Assembly: GCA_963842525.1 (NCBI GenBank)
Contig: CAWJGT010000009.1
Location: forward strand, 160,001-224,000
Source of the DNA: an uncultured Holophagales bacterium
GTDB lineage: Bacteria; Acidobacteriota; Thermoanaerobaculia; Multivoradales; UBA5704
DNA: 64,000 bases
Reading direction: 5' to 3'
Below the pieces are notes generated by a model that saw only the letters and a program-made list of their open reading frames with translations, ran no database searches and was not told where the DNA came from. The position numbers and the translations under genes are program-made. Positions within the stretch are counted from its first letter, which is position 1; every line of letters starts with the position of its first letter. Below are positions 31,101-41,302 of the stretch, one piece after another.

Positions 31101-31214
31101 ACGCTCCTCCTTTCAGGGATTGGTCTCCCGACGAGCCTATCGCGGCTCGTCAGAAGGGAGGAGCCTTCTAGAGGATCATCAGCCGAACAGTGTCTGGCGC
31201 CTCGGGCGGAGCAG

Positions 31215-31620
31215 CTCAGCACGAGATCGAGGTGGAGGACTGCGTGGTGGCAGCGCTAAGCTTCTCCAGTGGCGCTCGCGGCACGATCGTCGCCACCACC
31301 GCGGCCTCGCCGGGATTCCCGCACCGCGTCGAGGTCTATGGCAGCCGGGGCGGGGCGCAGATCGAGGGGGACGCGCTGGTCCGCTGGGAGGGCGATGCGC
31401 GCCCGGGATCCGCCCCCAGGCACCTGCGGCGGCACCTGCCGCGGTGGCCGCGGGATCGGGGGCCAGTCCCACTGGCATCGGCACCCTCGGGCACATCCTC
31501 ATCGTGCAGGATTTCGTCGCCACGATCCGCGAGGGTCGCGACCCGCTGGTGGACGGAGTCGAGGGTCGCCGATCCCTGGCGCTGGTCCTCGCCATCTACG
31601 AGGCCGCCGGCCTCGGCGGC
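31215..31620 (+). pseudogene. C-terminal fragment of a Gfo/Idh/MocA oxidoreductase
   Basis: EIEVEDCVVA..GARGTI..DFVATIREGRDPLVDGVEGRRSLALVLAIYEAA, with a frameshift. Confidence 0.7.
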
Positions 31621-31629
31621 GAGAATCGA

Positions 31630-32150
31630 GGGGTTACCCCAGAAACTTTCTGAGGTACCTCGGAACCCTTCTGAGGTGCTGGAAAAAAGTTTTGGGGTAC
31701 CTCAGAAGTTTTCCGAAGTACCCCAGAAACTTTTCGAGGTACCTCGGAACCGTTCTGAGGTACTGGAAAAAAGTTTTGGGGTACCTCAGAAGTTTTCCGA
31801 GGTACCTCAGAAACTTTTCGAGGTACCCCGGCACCGTTCTGAGGTACTGGAAAAAAGTTTTGGGGTACTTCAGAAGTTTTCCGAGGTACCTCAGAAACTT
31901 TTTGAGGTATCTCGGCACCGTTCTGAGGTACTGGAAAAAAGTTTTGAGGTACCTCAGAAGTTTTCCGAGGTACCTCAGAAACTTTTTGAGGTACTTCGGA
32001 ACCGTTCGGAAGTACCTCAGAAACGTTCGGAAGTACCGGAGAAAACTTCTGAAGTCCTGCAGAATTCTTCAGAAGTGCTCTAGAATCCTCCCGGAGCTCC
32101 TGAGAACGGCACGGAAGCCCCGGAGAATCGTCCCCAGGCACGCCAAAACC
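31630..32150. repeat. AT-richer 21-bp tandem array with 84-bp higher-order period
   Basis: Units such as GAGGTACCTCAGAAGTTTTCC; GAGGTACCTCGGAAC at 31652 and 31736. Confidence 0.95.
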
Positions 32151-32164
32151 CTCTCCGATCGCCC

Positions 32165-32300
32165 CTGAAACCCGACCCCGCCATCGAGGAGATCCGCGCC
32201 GTACGCCACCGGATCTCAGAGGAGCTCGGTCACGACACACAAGCCCTTCTCGACCACTATCGCGAGTTGGAGAAGTTCCATCCCAACAGAGTCCTGCGAC
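32165..32300 (+). pseudogene. Fragment of a small TA-associated protein
   Basis: DPAIEEIRAVRHRISEELGHD; no clear start. Confidence 0.4.
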
Positions 32301-32319
32301 CGTCCGACCATGCCGCTCG

Positions 32320-32574
32320 TCAGGATAGAACCTCTCTCCTCATCTCTTCGAGGGTCAAGCTCTTGCCCCTCTCAATCTCCGCCCGCGCTTTTTCGATGAG
32401 CTCTTGAAACACGCCGCTGGTACTCAAGGCCCAGGACTCAGGATCAACATCCTTCAGCGACACGATGGCAGCAACAGGCTTGCCGGCTGCTGTAAGCACC
32501 AGGATCTCATCGTCCAATTCGTCGGCATATGACGACAGCGGGCGGGAGGCTGTCGCAAGCTCGATCTTTTTCAT
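32320..32574 (-). CDS. Phd/YefM-like antitoxin, copy 2
   Basis: Near-identical to 27079-27333. Confidence 0.8.
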   Translation of the reverse strand: MKKIELATASRPLSSYADELDDEILVLTAAGKPVAAIVSLKDVDPESWALSTSGVFQELIEKARAEIERGKSLTLEEMRREVLS

Positions 32575-32867
32575 AACTGCACCTCCTCGCCGTCGATCCA
32601 CACGCTGTTCCCCTTCTTCTGCCCGACAGCCAAGACGCGGACTTCCTTCTCTTGTGTCTCTACATCATAGAATACTCTCAGATCACCAACGCGCAGCTCC
32701 CACGGTGCGAGAGGGTTGGGCCGCAGGAGCTTGCGGTTCCTCGTTTCGACCGTAGGCTCATGCGACAACTGCTGCTCGATCGTGTCGAGAAGCAGTGCAC
32801 GCTGCCGAGCCTCGAGCTGACGGAGTTGCCTCTTCACAGACTCGGCAAAGCGAATTCCGTAGGCCAT
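32571..32867 (-). CDS. relE: RelE family toxin (toxin-first order), intact copy
   Basis: MAYGIRFAESV..WELRVGDLRVFYDV. Confidence 0.85.
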   Translation of the reverse strand: MAYGIRFAESVKRQLRQLEARQRALLLDTIEQQLSHEPTVETRNRKLLRPNPLAPWELRVGDLRVFYDVETQEKEVRVLAVGQKKGNSVWIDGEEVQL

Positions 32868-32886
32868 AGCGCCTTCAGAGAGTATC

Positions 32887-33066
32887 TAGTCGTCTCTCGC
32901 CATGGCCACCGAGCTCAAGTGTAGGCGACCGCCGCCAGACGGTCAATCATGGCGCACGGCGCGGCGGGCCTTCTCGCCTGGACCACGGCCGTCCCCTTCC
33001 CCGTCGCCGGCATCGCCTCGGTCCCTTCGGCATCTTTCCGGGAGGACACCAAAGGACCGAACCGTG
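32887..33066 (+). repeat. Duplicated segment with internally deleted repeat A copy 5
   Basis: Matches 27681-27909. Confidence 0.8.
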
Positions 33067-33124
33067 CGGGTGTACGGGTGTAGGCCCCGTTGACCGTACA
33101 TAGGATTTATGCGACGCTGTATGC

Positions 33125-33331
33125 ATGAGTACGACGCTCGAGATCGACCGGGATCTTCTCGAAGAAGCGGTGCGGGTCACCGGTGCACCCACAAAATCGG
33201 TCGCCGTTCGGCTGGGACTGAAAGCGCTCGTGGATGAGGCTGCCCGACGGAGGTTGGCGGCGCTCCGTGGGAAGATCCCCGAGGTCGAGGTCGCTTCGCG
33301 GCGGCGTCCGATCCGGGATGACGCCCAGTGA
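33125..33331 (+). CDS. vapB: VapB antitoxin
   Basis: TTLEIDRDLLEEA..TKS.AV..GLKAL. Confidence 0.85.
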   Translation: MSTTLEIDRDLLEEAVRVTGAPTKSVAVRLGLKALVDEAARRRLAALRGKIPEVEVASRRRPIRDDAQ

Positions 33332-33720
33332 TCCTGGTCGACACGTCGGTCTGGGTCGATTTCTTTCGCGGTACAGAACGCGCGGCGGATCTCGCCGAGC
33401 ATCTCGAATCCAACCTGGTCCTGCTTCATCCCTGGGTTCTCGGGGAGCTCATCCTGGGCGGCCTCGGCCCGCGACGGAAATCAGTGATCGCGGACCTGAA
33501 GCGGCTTCCTGCCGCGCCACTTGTCCCAGATGAAGAGGTGCTTGAGCTGATTCTTGTGCGCCAGCTCAGCGGAAGGAGTGTCGGCTGGGTCGATGTTCAC
33601 TTGCTGGCGACTGCACTGGTGGCTGAATGCGGGCTCTGGACGTTCGATGGGAAACTTGGTGCAGTGGCTCGTGGAGCCCCTCCTCCTCCAGGTGCTGTCA
33701 GCGCGGGTTACGAGCTTTGA
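33328..33720 (+). CDS. vapC: VapC PIN toxin
   Basis: ILVDTSVWVDFF..LGELILG..GWVDVHLLA..LWTFD. Confidence 0.9.
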   Translation: MILVDTSVWVDFFRGTERAADLAEHLESNLVLLHPWVLGELILGGLGPRRKSVIADLKRLPAAPLVPDEEVLELILVRQLSGRSVGWVDVHLLATALVAECGLWTFDGKLGAVARGAPPPPGAVSAGYEL

Positions 33721-33787
33721 ACCTCTGGGGGCCGGCTTCCGGCTGGCCCCGTCATCCCTGAGATGCCGGCCAAAACAGGATTGCTTC

Positions 33788-34042
33788 TTACTCCCCCGGC
33801 TCGCCAAGGTCTTCGAGCCGCAGCCCTCCCCTCTCTTGGAGGCTTTGGCGTGACGCCGCGATATGCTGGAGGAACCTCGGGTCGTGCTCCAACTCATAGT
33901 CCGACCACTCTTCCTCCGATCCGAAGCCGATGAGGATTCCGGCTGGCTTCCCTTCACGGGTGATGACGACCTCCTCTTCCTCCGCCTGACGCAGATATTC
34001 CGCGAAATGTCCTTCGACCTCAGTCAGTGCTACCTTCTTCAT
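33788..34042 (-). CDS. Phd/YefM antitoxin
   Basis: VVITREGKPAGILIG. Confidence 0.85.
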   Translation of the reverse strand: MKKVALTEVEGHFAEYLRQAEEEEVVITREGKPAGILIGFGSEEEWSDYELEHDPRFLQHIAASRQSLQERGGLRLEDLGEPGE

Positions 34043-34275
34043 AGATGCCTGCCTCTCGGAGCCAATGCTCCGCAGAACACGCGAAGCTCGCCGACTCGAA
34101 GACGGTATTGAGGCTGGGTCATTCCCCGGAGCCTCTTGATCCGGCTCTTGCTGAGCTTCATCGGCTCAAAGCGGAGATGAGTCTCCATCGCGTCCCGAAC
34201 CGCCGCCCGATCGTGTGCCTTGAGTCGGCGAAGATCGGCGACTGCCACATGGGAGAGAATGATCTCGTAGCGCAT
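34039..34275 (-). pseudogene. RelE-like toxin with deleted C-terminus
   Basis: SRIKRLRG..YRLRVGELRVF, then abrupt divergence. Confidence 0.7.
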
Positions 34276-34463
34276 CTCCGGTCCAGCATATCGGGATGAG
34301 AGGAAGACCGGCAAGGTCTGGACAGCCGGCCCCCACCCTCTCCGGAATCCTCCCGAGTTTCGGGGGCGGGCCGGCTCAGGTTTCAACCGGCCGGCTTCAA
34401 CCTTTCAACTGGACGACTTCCAAGGTTGCAATCAGCCGGCTCCGAACCTTACAATCAGACGGC

Positions 34464-35711
34464 ATGGCTGAGGCTTCGCTCTACCCGCGCTTCGTGCAGC
34501 CTCGTCTCGAGGAGGCGCTCGCCGACACGCCGGTGGTGCTGATCCACGGTCCGCGCCAGTGCGGGAAGACGACGCTCGCGCGCCATGTGGGCCTCGGCGA
34601 GGGATATGCCTACATCAGCTTCGACGACGACGTGGCGCTGGCGGCGGCTCAGGCCGATCCAGTGGGCTTCGTGGCCGATTTGTCAGGCCGGACGGTCCTC
34701 GATGAGGTGCAGCGAGCCCCCTGGCTCTTCACTGCCCTCAAGACAGCCGTCGACCGGCAGCGGACGCCGGGCCGATTCATCCTGACGGGCTCGGCGAATG
34801 TCCTCCTCGTGCCGCAACTCGCCGATTCGCTGGCGGGGCGAATGGAGATCTTGCGCCTGCACCCACTGGCGCAGTGCGAGCTCGCCTCCTCGCCTCCGCG
34901 CTTCCTGGACGCATTGTTCGCGCGCGACTTCCCGACCCGGACCAGCTCGCGGCTCGGCCGGGAGCTGGCCGAGCGGATCGTCGCCGGTGGCTATCCCCCG
35001 GCGCTCGCGCGGCCGGCGGCACGGCGGCGCGCGGCGTGGTACCGCGACTACATCGAGACCCTGGTCCAGCGCGACGTGCGTGATCTGGCCCGTATCAGCT
35101 CGCTCGATGCGCTGCCACGGCTCCTGACCCTGGCCGCCGGACAGACGGCCCGGCTCCTGAACGTGTCCGATCTGGCTGCTCCGTTCCAGCTCAGCCGGCC
35201 GACGATCCGCGACTACGTGACGCTCCTCGAACGAGTCTTCCTCCTGGAATCGGTGGCGCCATGGCACAGCAACCGGCTGAGCCGTCTGATCAAGACCCCC
35301 AAGCTGCATCTCGGCGATACAGGATTGGCGGCGGCGCTGCTCGGCGTGGACGCCGAGGCGCTGTCCAAAGATCGGGGATTGCTCGGTCAGCTCCTTGAAA
35401 CCTTCGTCTTTCAGGAGCTGCGCCGCCAAGCGAGCTGGGTCGACATCCCGATCGACTTCTATCATTTCCGTGACAAGGACGGCGCCGAGGTCGATATCGT
35501 GCTGGAGCAGGGCGCGCGCAGGCTGGCGGGCGTGGAGGTGAAGGTGGCAGCCTCCGTGGCCACCGCCGATTTCCGCGGGCTGCGCCAGCTCAAAGACGCC
35601 ACGGGCGAGCGCTTCGCCGCTGGCGTGGTGCTCTATGACGGCGAGGTCACCGCAAGCTTCGGAGATGGGCTCTATGCGGTTCCCATCCGGGCGCTATGGG
35701 AAACAGTATGA
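34464..35711 (+). CDS. AAA_14 ATPase with DUF4143 domain
   Basis: GPRQCGKTT, LDEVQ, ILTGS, SLAGR, KTPKLHLGDTG, EVDIV..GVEVK. Confidence 0.9.
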   Translation: MAEASLYPRFVQPRLEEALADTPVVLIHGPRQCGKTTLARHVGLGEGYAYISFDDDVALAAAQADPVGFVADLSGRTVLDEVQRAPWLFTALKTAVDRQRTPGRFILTGSANVLLVPQLADSLAGRMEILRLHPLAQCELASSPPRFLDALFARDFPTRTSSRLGRELAERIVAGGYPPALARPAARRRAAWYRDYIETLVQRDVRDLARISSLDALPRLLTLAAGQTARLLNVSDLAAPFQLSRPTIRDYVTLLERVFLLESVAPWHSNRLSRLIKTPKLHLGDTGLAAALLGVDAEALSKDRGLLGQLLETFVFQELRRQASWVDIPIDFYHFRDKDGAEVDIVLEQGARRLAGVEVKVAASVATADFRGLRQLKDATGERFAAGVVLYDGEVTASFGDGLYAVPIRALWETV

Positions 35712-35762
35712 GCTCCCTCGGCGGCGAGAATCGAGGGGCTCGAGTGATAGGATGACGAGCCC

Positions 35763-37334
35763 ATGCCGCTGACCCAGTACACGGAGAGTCCGCGCTACCT
35801 GCGTCTGCACGAGGCCGACAACGTGGCCGTCATCGTCAACGACGGAGGCGTTTCGGCTGGCACGGCGTTCGGCGACGGCCTGCGCGTTCGCGACTCGATT
35901 CCGCAATCCCACAAGGTGGCGCTCCGTGCGATCGCCGAGGGCGCGGCAGTGCTGCGTTACGGGCAGGTCATCGGCGCGGCGCGGCGCGCCATCCCCGAAG
36001 GGAGCTGGGTCCAGGAGAGCGACCTCGTCATGCCGACGCCGCCGGCGCTCGACTCGCTGCCGCGGTGCACCGACGTGCCGCCCGACGCTCCGCCCCTCGA
36101 GGGGTACACCTTCGAGGGCTACAAGAACGCCGACGGGAGCGTCGGCACCCGCAACCTCCTCGGCATCACGACGACCGTGCAGTGCGTTACGGGTGTGCTG
36201 GACCACGCCGTCAAGAGGATCCGCGACGAGGTCCTGCCGCGGTACCCGAACGTCGACGACGTGGTCGCCCTGAGCCACGACTTCGGCTGTGGGGTCGCGT
36301 TCGACACGCCCGACGTCGAGATCCCGGTCCGCACGGTGCGCAACCTCGCTCGCAACCCGAACCTGGGCGGCCAAGCCCTGGTCGTCGGCCTGGGATGCGA
36401 GATGTTGCAGCCCGCGCAGATCATCGCCGATACCGCCGAGCAAGATGCTGGAGGTAGCGGCCTCGATCTTCAGGAACCCTGGCTCTACCGGCTTCAGGAT
36501 TCCCACCACGGCTTCCGCGAGATGATCGAGCAGATCATGGCACTGGCCGAGCGGCGCCTGCAGGAGCTCGACCAGCGGCGGCGCGAGACCTGCCCGGCCT
36601 CCGCCCTGGTACTGGGAATGCAATGTGGTGGCAGCGATGCCTTCTCCGGCATCACGGCGAACCCGGCCCTCGGCTTCGCCTCCGACTTGCTGGTGCGCGC
36701 CGGCGCGACAGTGATGTTCTCCGAGGTCACCGAGGTCCGCGACGCCGTGCACCTGCTCAGCGCCCGCGCCAAGGATGAGGAGGTGGCGCAGGCCCTGATC
36801 CGCGAGATGGACTGGTACGACCGCTACCTGGAGCGTGGCCACAGTGACCGCAGCGCGAACACCTCGCCGGGCAATAAGGCCGGCGGCCTGTCCAACATCG
36901 TGGAGAAGGCACTCGGCGCCACCGCCAAGTCCGGCCGATCGGCGATCAGCGGCGTGATCGGCCCGGGCGAACGCGCACAGAGGAAGGGTCTACTGTTCTG
37001 CGCCACCCCGGCCGGCGACTTCGTCTGCGGCACGCTGCAACTGGCTGCCGGCATGAACCTCCACGTGTTCACCACCGGGCGTGGCACGCCCTACGGACTG
37101 GCGATGGCGCCGGTGATCAAGGTCAGCACTCGCACCGAGCTCGCCCAGCGCTGGCCCGACCTGATCGACGTCGACGCGGGCCGGATCGCCAGCGGCCGCA
37201 GCACCGTCGAGGAGATCGGCTGGGAGCTGTTCCATTACTACCTCGACGTCGCTAGCGGGCGGAAGAAGACCTGGACCGAAGTGCACCGGATCCACAACGC
37301 CCTGGCGCTCTTCAACCCGGCGCCGCTTACCTGA
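35763..37334 (+). CDS. garD: Galactarate dehydratase (UxaA family)
   Basis: SAF N-terminus, [31 protein letters not shown]. Confidence 0.9.
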   Translation: MPLTQYTESPRYLRLHEADNVAVIVNDGGVSAGTAFGDGLRVRDSIPQSHKVALRAIAEGAAVLRYGQVIGAARRAIPEGSWVQESDLVMPTPPALDSLPRCTDVPPDAPPLEGYTFEGYKNADGSVGTRNLLGITTTVQCVTGVLDHAVKRIRDEVLPRYPNVDDVVALSHDFGCGVAFDTPDVEIPVRTVRNLARNPNLGGQALVVGLGCEMLQPAQIIADTAEQDAGGSGLDLQEPWLYRLQDSHHGFREMIEQIMALAERRLQELDQRRRETCPASALVLGMQCGGSDAFSGITANPALGFASDLLVRAGATVMFSEVTEVRDAVHLLSARAKDEEVAQALIREMDWYDRYLERGHSDRSANTSPGNKAGGLSNIVEKALGATAKSGRSAISGVIGPGERAQRKGLLFCATPAGDFVCGTLQLAAGMNLHVFTTGRGTPYGLAMAPVIKVSTRTELAQRWPDLIDVDAGRIASGRSTVEEIGWELFHYYLDVASGRKKTWTEVHRIHNALALFNPAPLT

Positions 37335-37556
37335 GTCTCGCTCGACCTTTCCCGCCGACCAGGGCGAGACGGCGGTCGATCACCTCCCCGATGGGTCCAA
37401 AGAGTGGGATGATGAAGTCCTGGCTGTTCTTCGGGTCGGCCACCTTCCAGACCCTCTCGCCGTTCAATGAGATGACATCCTCGGCGCGGATTCCCGAGGC
37501 TTCCCCCGGTCGGCACATCGAGGCCAGTATCGGGGAGTAGACGTCTGCAGCCTGCT

Positions 37557-37674
37557 ATGCCAGAAGATGTAGCGCAGGATCTCGCCCTCGTTGCCCTGCT
37601 GGCCGGTGGCGACTCCTGCCACGACGATGCTCTGGGCGTCGATCATCTTTCCCATGACGCCGCCGCTGCTGTTG
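37557..37674 (-). pseudogene. Duplicated fragment of the lactate permease 3' region
   Basis: [21 protein letters not shown]; matches 43627-43744. Confidence 0.8.
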
Positions 37675-37755
37675 CGAAGAGGACATTCAGCTTGGCCTTC
37701 TGCATCGAGTAGAATGTCGAGAACCTGAGGGCCTGGCCCAGGAAGGAGCGCAGCT

Positions 37756-37920
37756 ATGAAGAAGATCGTCAAGAAGCTGACCCTAAATCGCGAGACCGTC
37801 CGCCAGCTCAATCTCAGGGAGGTGACCAGGATTGCCGGCGGCGCTGATCAGACGAATGAGCCCTTCTGCGTCTCGAACGCCGTGACCTGTGGCGAGGTCC
37901 AGTGCCTCGCGGGCGAATAG
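37756..37920 (+). CDS. Orphan RiPP (lanthipeptide-like) precursor, 54 aa, absent from the ORF track
   Basis: GGAAGGAG RBS; [29 protein letters not shown]|[25 protein letters not shown]. Confidence 0.75.
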   Translation: MKKIVKKLTLNRETVRQLNLREVTRIAGGADQTNEPFCVSNAVTCGEVQCLAGE

Positions 37921-38128
37921 GTGGCCGGGGAATAGGTGCTATTTCTTCATATGGCGCCGGAACCACTCGATCGCCTGCGCGTCGCGTTCCGCCAGCCAGC
38001 CGGATAGGTGGTGATCGGCTCCCTGTAATCGGGCCAGATCGTTACGGCCGCCTGGGCGAACCTCCCGGGGGGCAGGTGCCAGCCACTTATTCGGCGCGGG
38101 TCTACCCGATTCAATCCCAGCGCCGGGC

Positions 38129-38461
38129 TCATTGCGCGATCTCTAGGCGGTCGATCTTCTTGCCTTGGAGGACAAAAGCGTAGCGCAGGTTGATGGGGCT
38201 GCCCGGGAAGTTGCCCGAGACCCGGCCCGTGACAATCGTCTTACCGTCCCTCTCTGCGACGTCGAGGATATCGACGATGGGACGATACTTTGCGCTCACT
38301 TCCTCCACCCAGTCGCGGATCGCAGCGATGCCATGCCTTTCCCGCCCTTCGTCCCGAACAACGGCGTCTTCGTTGAAGCAAGCCGCCACGGCATGGGCGT
38401 CTTGGGCATTCGCCCCATCGACATAGGCTGCGACGGGTCCAGGTAGTTTCGTGGTCGACAT
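38129..38461 (-). CDS. NTF2/SnoaL-like protein
   Basis: ACFNEDAVVRDEG..G..AIRDW..VSGNFPGSP. Confidence 0.85.
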   Translation of the reverse strand: MSTTKLPGPVAAYVDGANAQDAHAVAACFNEDAVVRDEGRERHGIAAIRDWVEEVSAKYRPIVDILDVAERDGKTIVTGRVSGNFPGSPINLRYAFVLQGKKIDRLEIAQ

Positions 38462-38536
38462 ATTGTTTCCTCCCGGTCGTTCGGAGCGGAAGTGCGCTCC
38501 GTTGCATAGACCGAAGGATGGCGCTAAGCTGAAGAA

Positions 38537-38902
38537 ATGACAAGAACGCACGAAAAAGTAAGGTACCCACCTGAAGGTAAGCCTGAAGCGCTGACGCCGG
38601 TGACCGCGGCGGCCGGCGTCGAGCAGGCATTCAAGATGCTGGAGGGACGCTGGAAACTGCTGATCCTGTTCCACCTGTTTGGCGGCAAGGTGTTGCGGTT
38701 CTCGGAGTTGGAGCGCGCCCTACCTGCGATTTCGCAGAAGATGCTCATCCAGCAACTGCGCCAGATGGAGTCAGACGGAATCGTGCGGCGTATAGTTCAT
38801 CACCAGGTGCCGCCGAAGGTGGAATACGGTCTGACTGATTGGGGCCAAGCCTTGTGCCCGGCGCTGGACGCCTTGCTGAAGTGGGCAGCGATGCGCGAGT
38901 GA
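38537..38902 (+). CDS. HxlR family winged-helix regulator, copy 1
   Basis: [29 protein letters not shown]. Confidence 0.9.
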   Translation: MTRTHEKVRYPPEGKPEALTPVTAAAGVEQAFKMLEGRWKLLILFHLFGGKVLRFSELERALPAISQKMLIQQLRQMESDGIVRRIVHHQVPPKVEYGLTDWGQALCPALDALLKWAAMRE

Positions 38903-39089
38903 GGTCTGGCGTGGGACGGCATGGGTAATGTGACGAAATAAAATTATAGCAGCATCACTTATTGCAACGCCATCGCCGGGATCATCCACGGGAAGACATA
39001 GGCCTGAAGGAAGACGAGGACGCCGACCAGGCAGGCGAGCGCGTCTCATCCTTGGCGCGGGCGCTGAGCAGGTGCACGGCGTCGCGGCT

Positions 39090-39453
39090 GCGTGAGACAA
39101 CAGACGTCGCATCGTCTCGGGCTCACGCTCAATCGCTTGAAGCAACGCGCGAGCGGTGCATCGGGAGTGCTGCGACGCTGTTCCCAATCCCGCAGGGTGC
39201 TGATGGGCAGCCTGAAGGCTTCAGCGAACTCGGCCTGTGTCATGCCGAGGCGCTGCCGCAACGCCTTCACGGGGGAGACCCGGCGCATCTTCGCCAACGT
39301 CTCCGGATCGAGCGGCTGGGCATCGGGATCGGAGAGGGCCGCCGCCAGCACCTCCTCGTCCGTCATTGCGTTCACTCGTATCCAGTCGGTCTCGCCGCGA
39401 GGCAGCGCCTCACCAAGCTTCACGGTCACCCGCGTAGTACCGGTCTTGCTCAT
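39090..39453 (-). CDS. HTH antitoxin (HigA-like) partner of BrnT; frameshift and truncated end
   Basis: TDW.RV.AMTDEEV..LGMTQAEFAEAF...STLRDWEQ. Confidence 0.75.
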
Positions 39454-40400
39454 GTCGTGTAGCCCTCCGGGCGGAGATGATGCGGCACGTCCTGTCACCG
39501 CGCAGAGTCGTGACGACGAACAGGATATTGCCAGCCGCCATACCGATGATCCGTATCCGCTCTTCTCCGTACTCAAACCGAGTGTCGATCTCTTCGAGCC
39601 GGTTTGGGTCCTCAATCGCTGCGATGGAGTCCACGAAGTCGATGCCGTGCCTGCGTCGATTCTCGGCAGCCTTCGCGGCAAATTTTGGAGAAAACGGGAT
39701 GAAGTGGAGGCCCGGCTCGCCGGCCAGTGCGCCGTCGGCCGTGTTGTCCACCAACTCCAGGATCCCTCCTGCGCCCGCGGCTTGGCCACCTGCGAAGCGC
39801 ACCACGCGCACGACGATGGTCTGCCGCACATCTCCGGTTTTTTCTTCGATCGCTTTCAGATTGGAGCCGGCCTCGCGGATGTGCCCGCAGTAGTTGCTCT
39901 TCAAGAAACGCTCCTGATCGAAGGACAGGAGCGCATCCGCCATCGAGAGGAGCCCATACTGCTCGGCCGGCTGGCCCTTCTCCTCCACGGCGATGAAGAT
40001 GCTGGTGACTTTTTCGGCCGTAAGCATGTCGATGATCCCTGGGACGAAGATCTGCTCGCGCGCACACAGAGGGAATCTCGATGAGAGCTGGTCTAGGCTG
40101 TTGAACAAGAGCGTGACCTTCGCGTTGGGGTCGCCATGCTTCATCCGGTGGATGCTCATGAAGACGCGATGGAAAAACTCTTCGGCGGTAATGTACCCTG
40201 GGGGATAAAACAAGATTTCCAGCCTATCCTTGTCCTCTGGCTGCCGCAGACTGCCGTCGAATTTAAGCTCTTGGCCGCGCTCGACGAAGCGGTAGTCGTA
40301 GGTCAGGCTCACCCGCCGGTCGTGGTAGTCGCTCAGGGCGGCGAGACGCGGTTCGAACGGGTGGGTGCCCCAGGACGACGACCGCGGAGTCGACGTCGCC
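39410..40400 (-). pseudogene. In-frame chimera of a RecA/KaiC-like ATPase fragment and a 5'-truncated BrnT toxin
   Basis: LLFNSLDQL..VTSIFIA..LSMAD, then N..RHGIDF..EERIRIIG..RIISARRA. Confidence 0.55.
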
Positions 40401-40696
40401 CGGCCCGAACCACCCGCCGCCCAGCGGCCGGTGAAGGACCGCCGTGTCGAGGCCATCGAGATGCCGCGCAACGCCGGCTTCCAGGTCGGCGGCCTGGACA
40501 CGTCGGCACCAACCCCGCGACGCGCTCCTCGGTGGTCACGGCCGCGAGGGAGAGGGCTGCCAGGAGCAGCAGGCTGACCGCCAGGCCGCGCCGCTGCCTC
40601 CGATTTCGCCAGTCGAGGATCCAGATCATGGAGGAATCATAGACCAGAGGAGAGGGGGCCGGGATTGATAGACTGATCCCACCGAGAGGAGGGACT

Positions 40697-41302
40697 ATGA
40701 GCCGAGAGGACCAGGTCAGGGCGGAGTTGGGCGTCCTCATGGACGAGTACAAGGCCCTGAAGAGCGAGATCGGCACAACGCTGACCACCTCTCGGCAGAT
40801 GATGAGTCTGACCCTGACGGCGGCGGCTGCCCTTCTCGCGGCCACTCCCGCCATCGTCGACCAGGAAAGGTTCGAGATCTTCCTTTTCGCGCCCCTGGTC
40901 TTCTGCGGGCTTGCGCTGACGCAGCTCAGATACGTCTTTCTCGTCCTCGACATGGGTGAGTACCTGCGCCGTTCCCTTGCACCGGAGATTCGCCGGGCGC
41001 TGGGAGATCTCGCCGCGGAGAACCGTGACTTCGAGCACATCCTGGCTTGGGAATCGAAGGGGCCGAGCCTGCTCTTCCGTCAAAGGCGAGCCGTCAGGCT
41101 GCTGTTCTTACCGCTGGCGGGAGCCAACTTCGGGCTTCCGCTCCTCGCAGGTGTGCTGTCCCTCACCGCCTATTTCTATTTCTACTTCGCGCACGAGAGC
41201 GGCAGGCCGCCGGGGTGGATCGTCTGGACGGTCGCCGGGGCGGTCCTCCTTGCGCTCCTGAGCTGTCTCGTGCTGGGCTTCGTAGCGGAAAGAGAACGGT
41301 GA
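40697..41302 (+). CDS. Hypothetical 4-TM membrane protein
   Basis: GAGGAGG RBS; EYKALKSEI followed by hydrophobic helices. Confidence 0.75.
   Translation: MSREDQVRAELGVLMDEYKALKSEIGTTLTTSRQMMSLTLTAAAALLAATPAIVDQERFEIFLFAPLVFCGLALTQLRYVFLVLDMGEYLRRSLAPEIRRALGDLAAENRDFEHILAWESKGPSLLFRQRRAVRLLFLPLAGANFGLPLLAGVLSLTAYFYFYFAHESGRPPGWIVWTVAGAVLLALLSCLVLGFVAERER

Larger units (their letters stand above)
29641..31177 (-). mobile_element. IS110-family insertion sequence, IS1111-like (ends approximate)
   Basis: Sub-terminal inverted repeat TAGAAGGCTC 29648-29657 / GAGCCTTCTA 31161-31170; long 3' non-coding region. Confidence 0.8.

Noticed and set aside
31630-32150. CRISPR array (also considered for 428-605, 42392-42712 and 52314-52545)
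   Set aside because: Units are contiguous tandem repeats with no unique 25-45-nt spacers, and there are no cas genes in the window.
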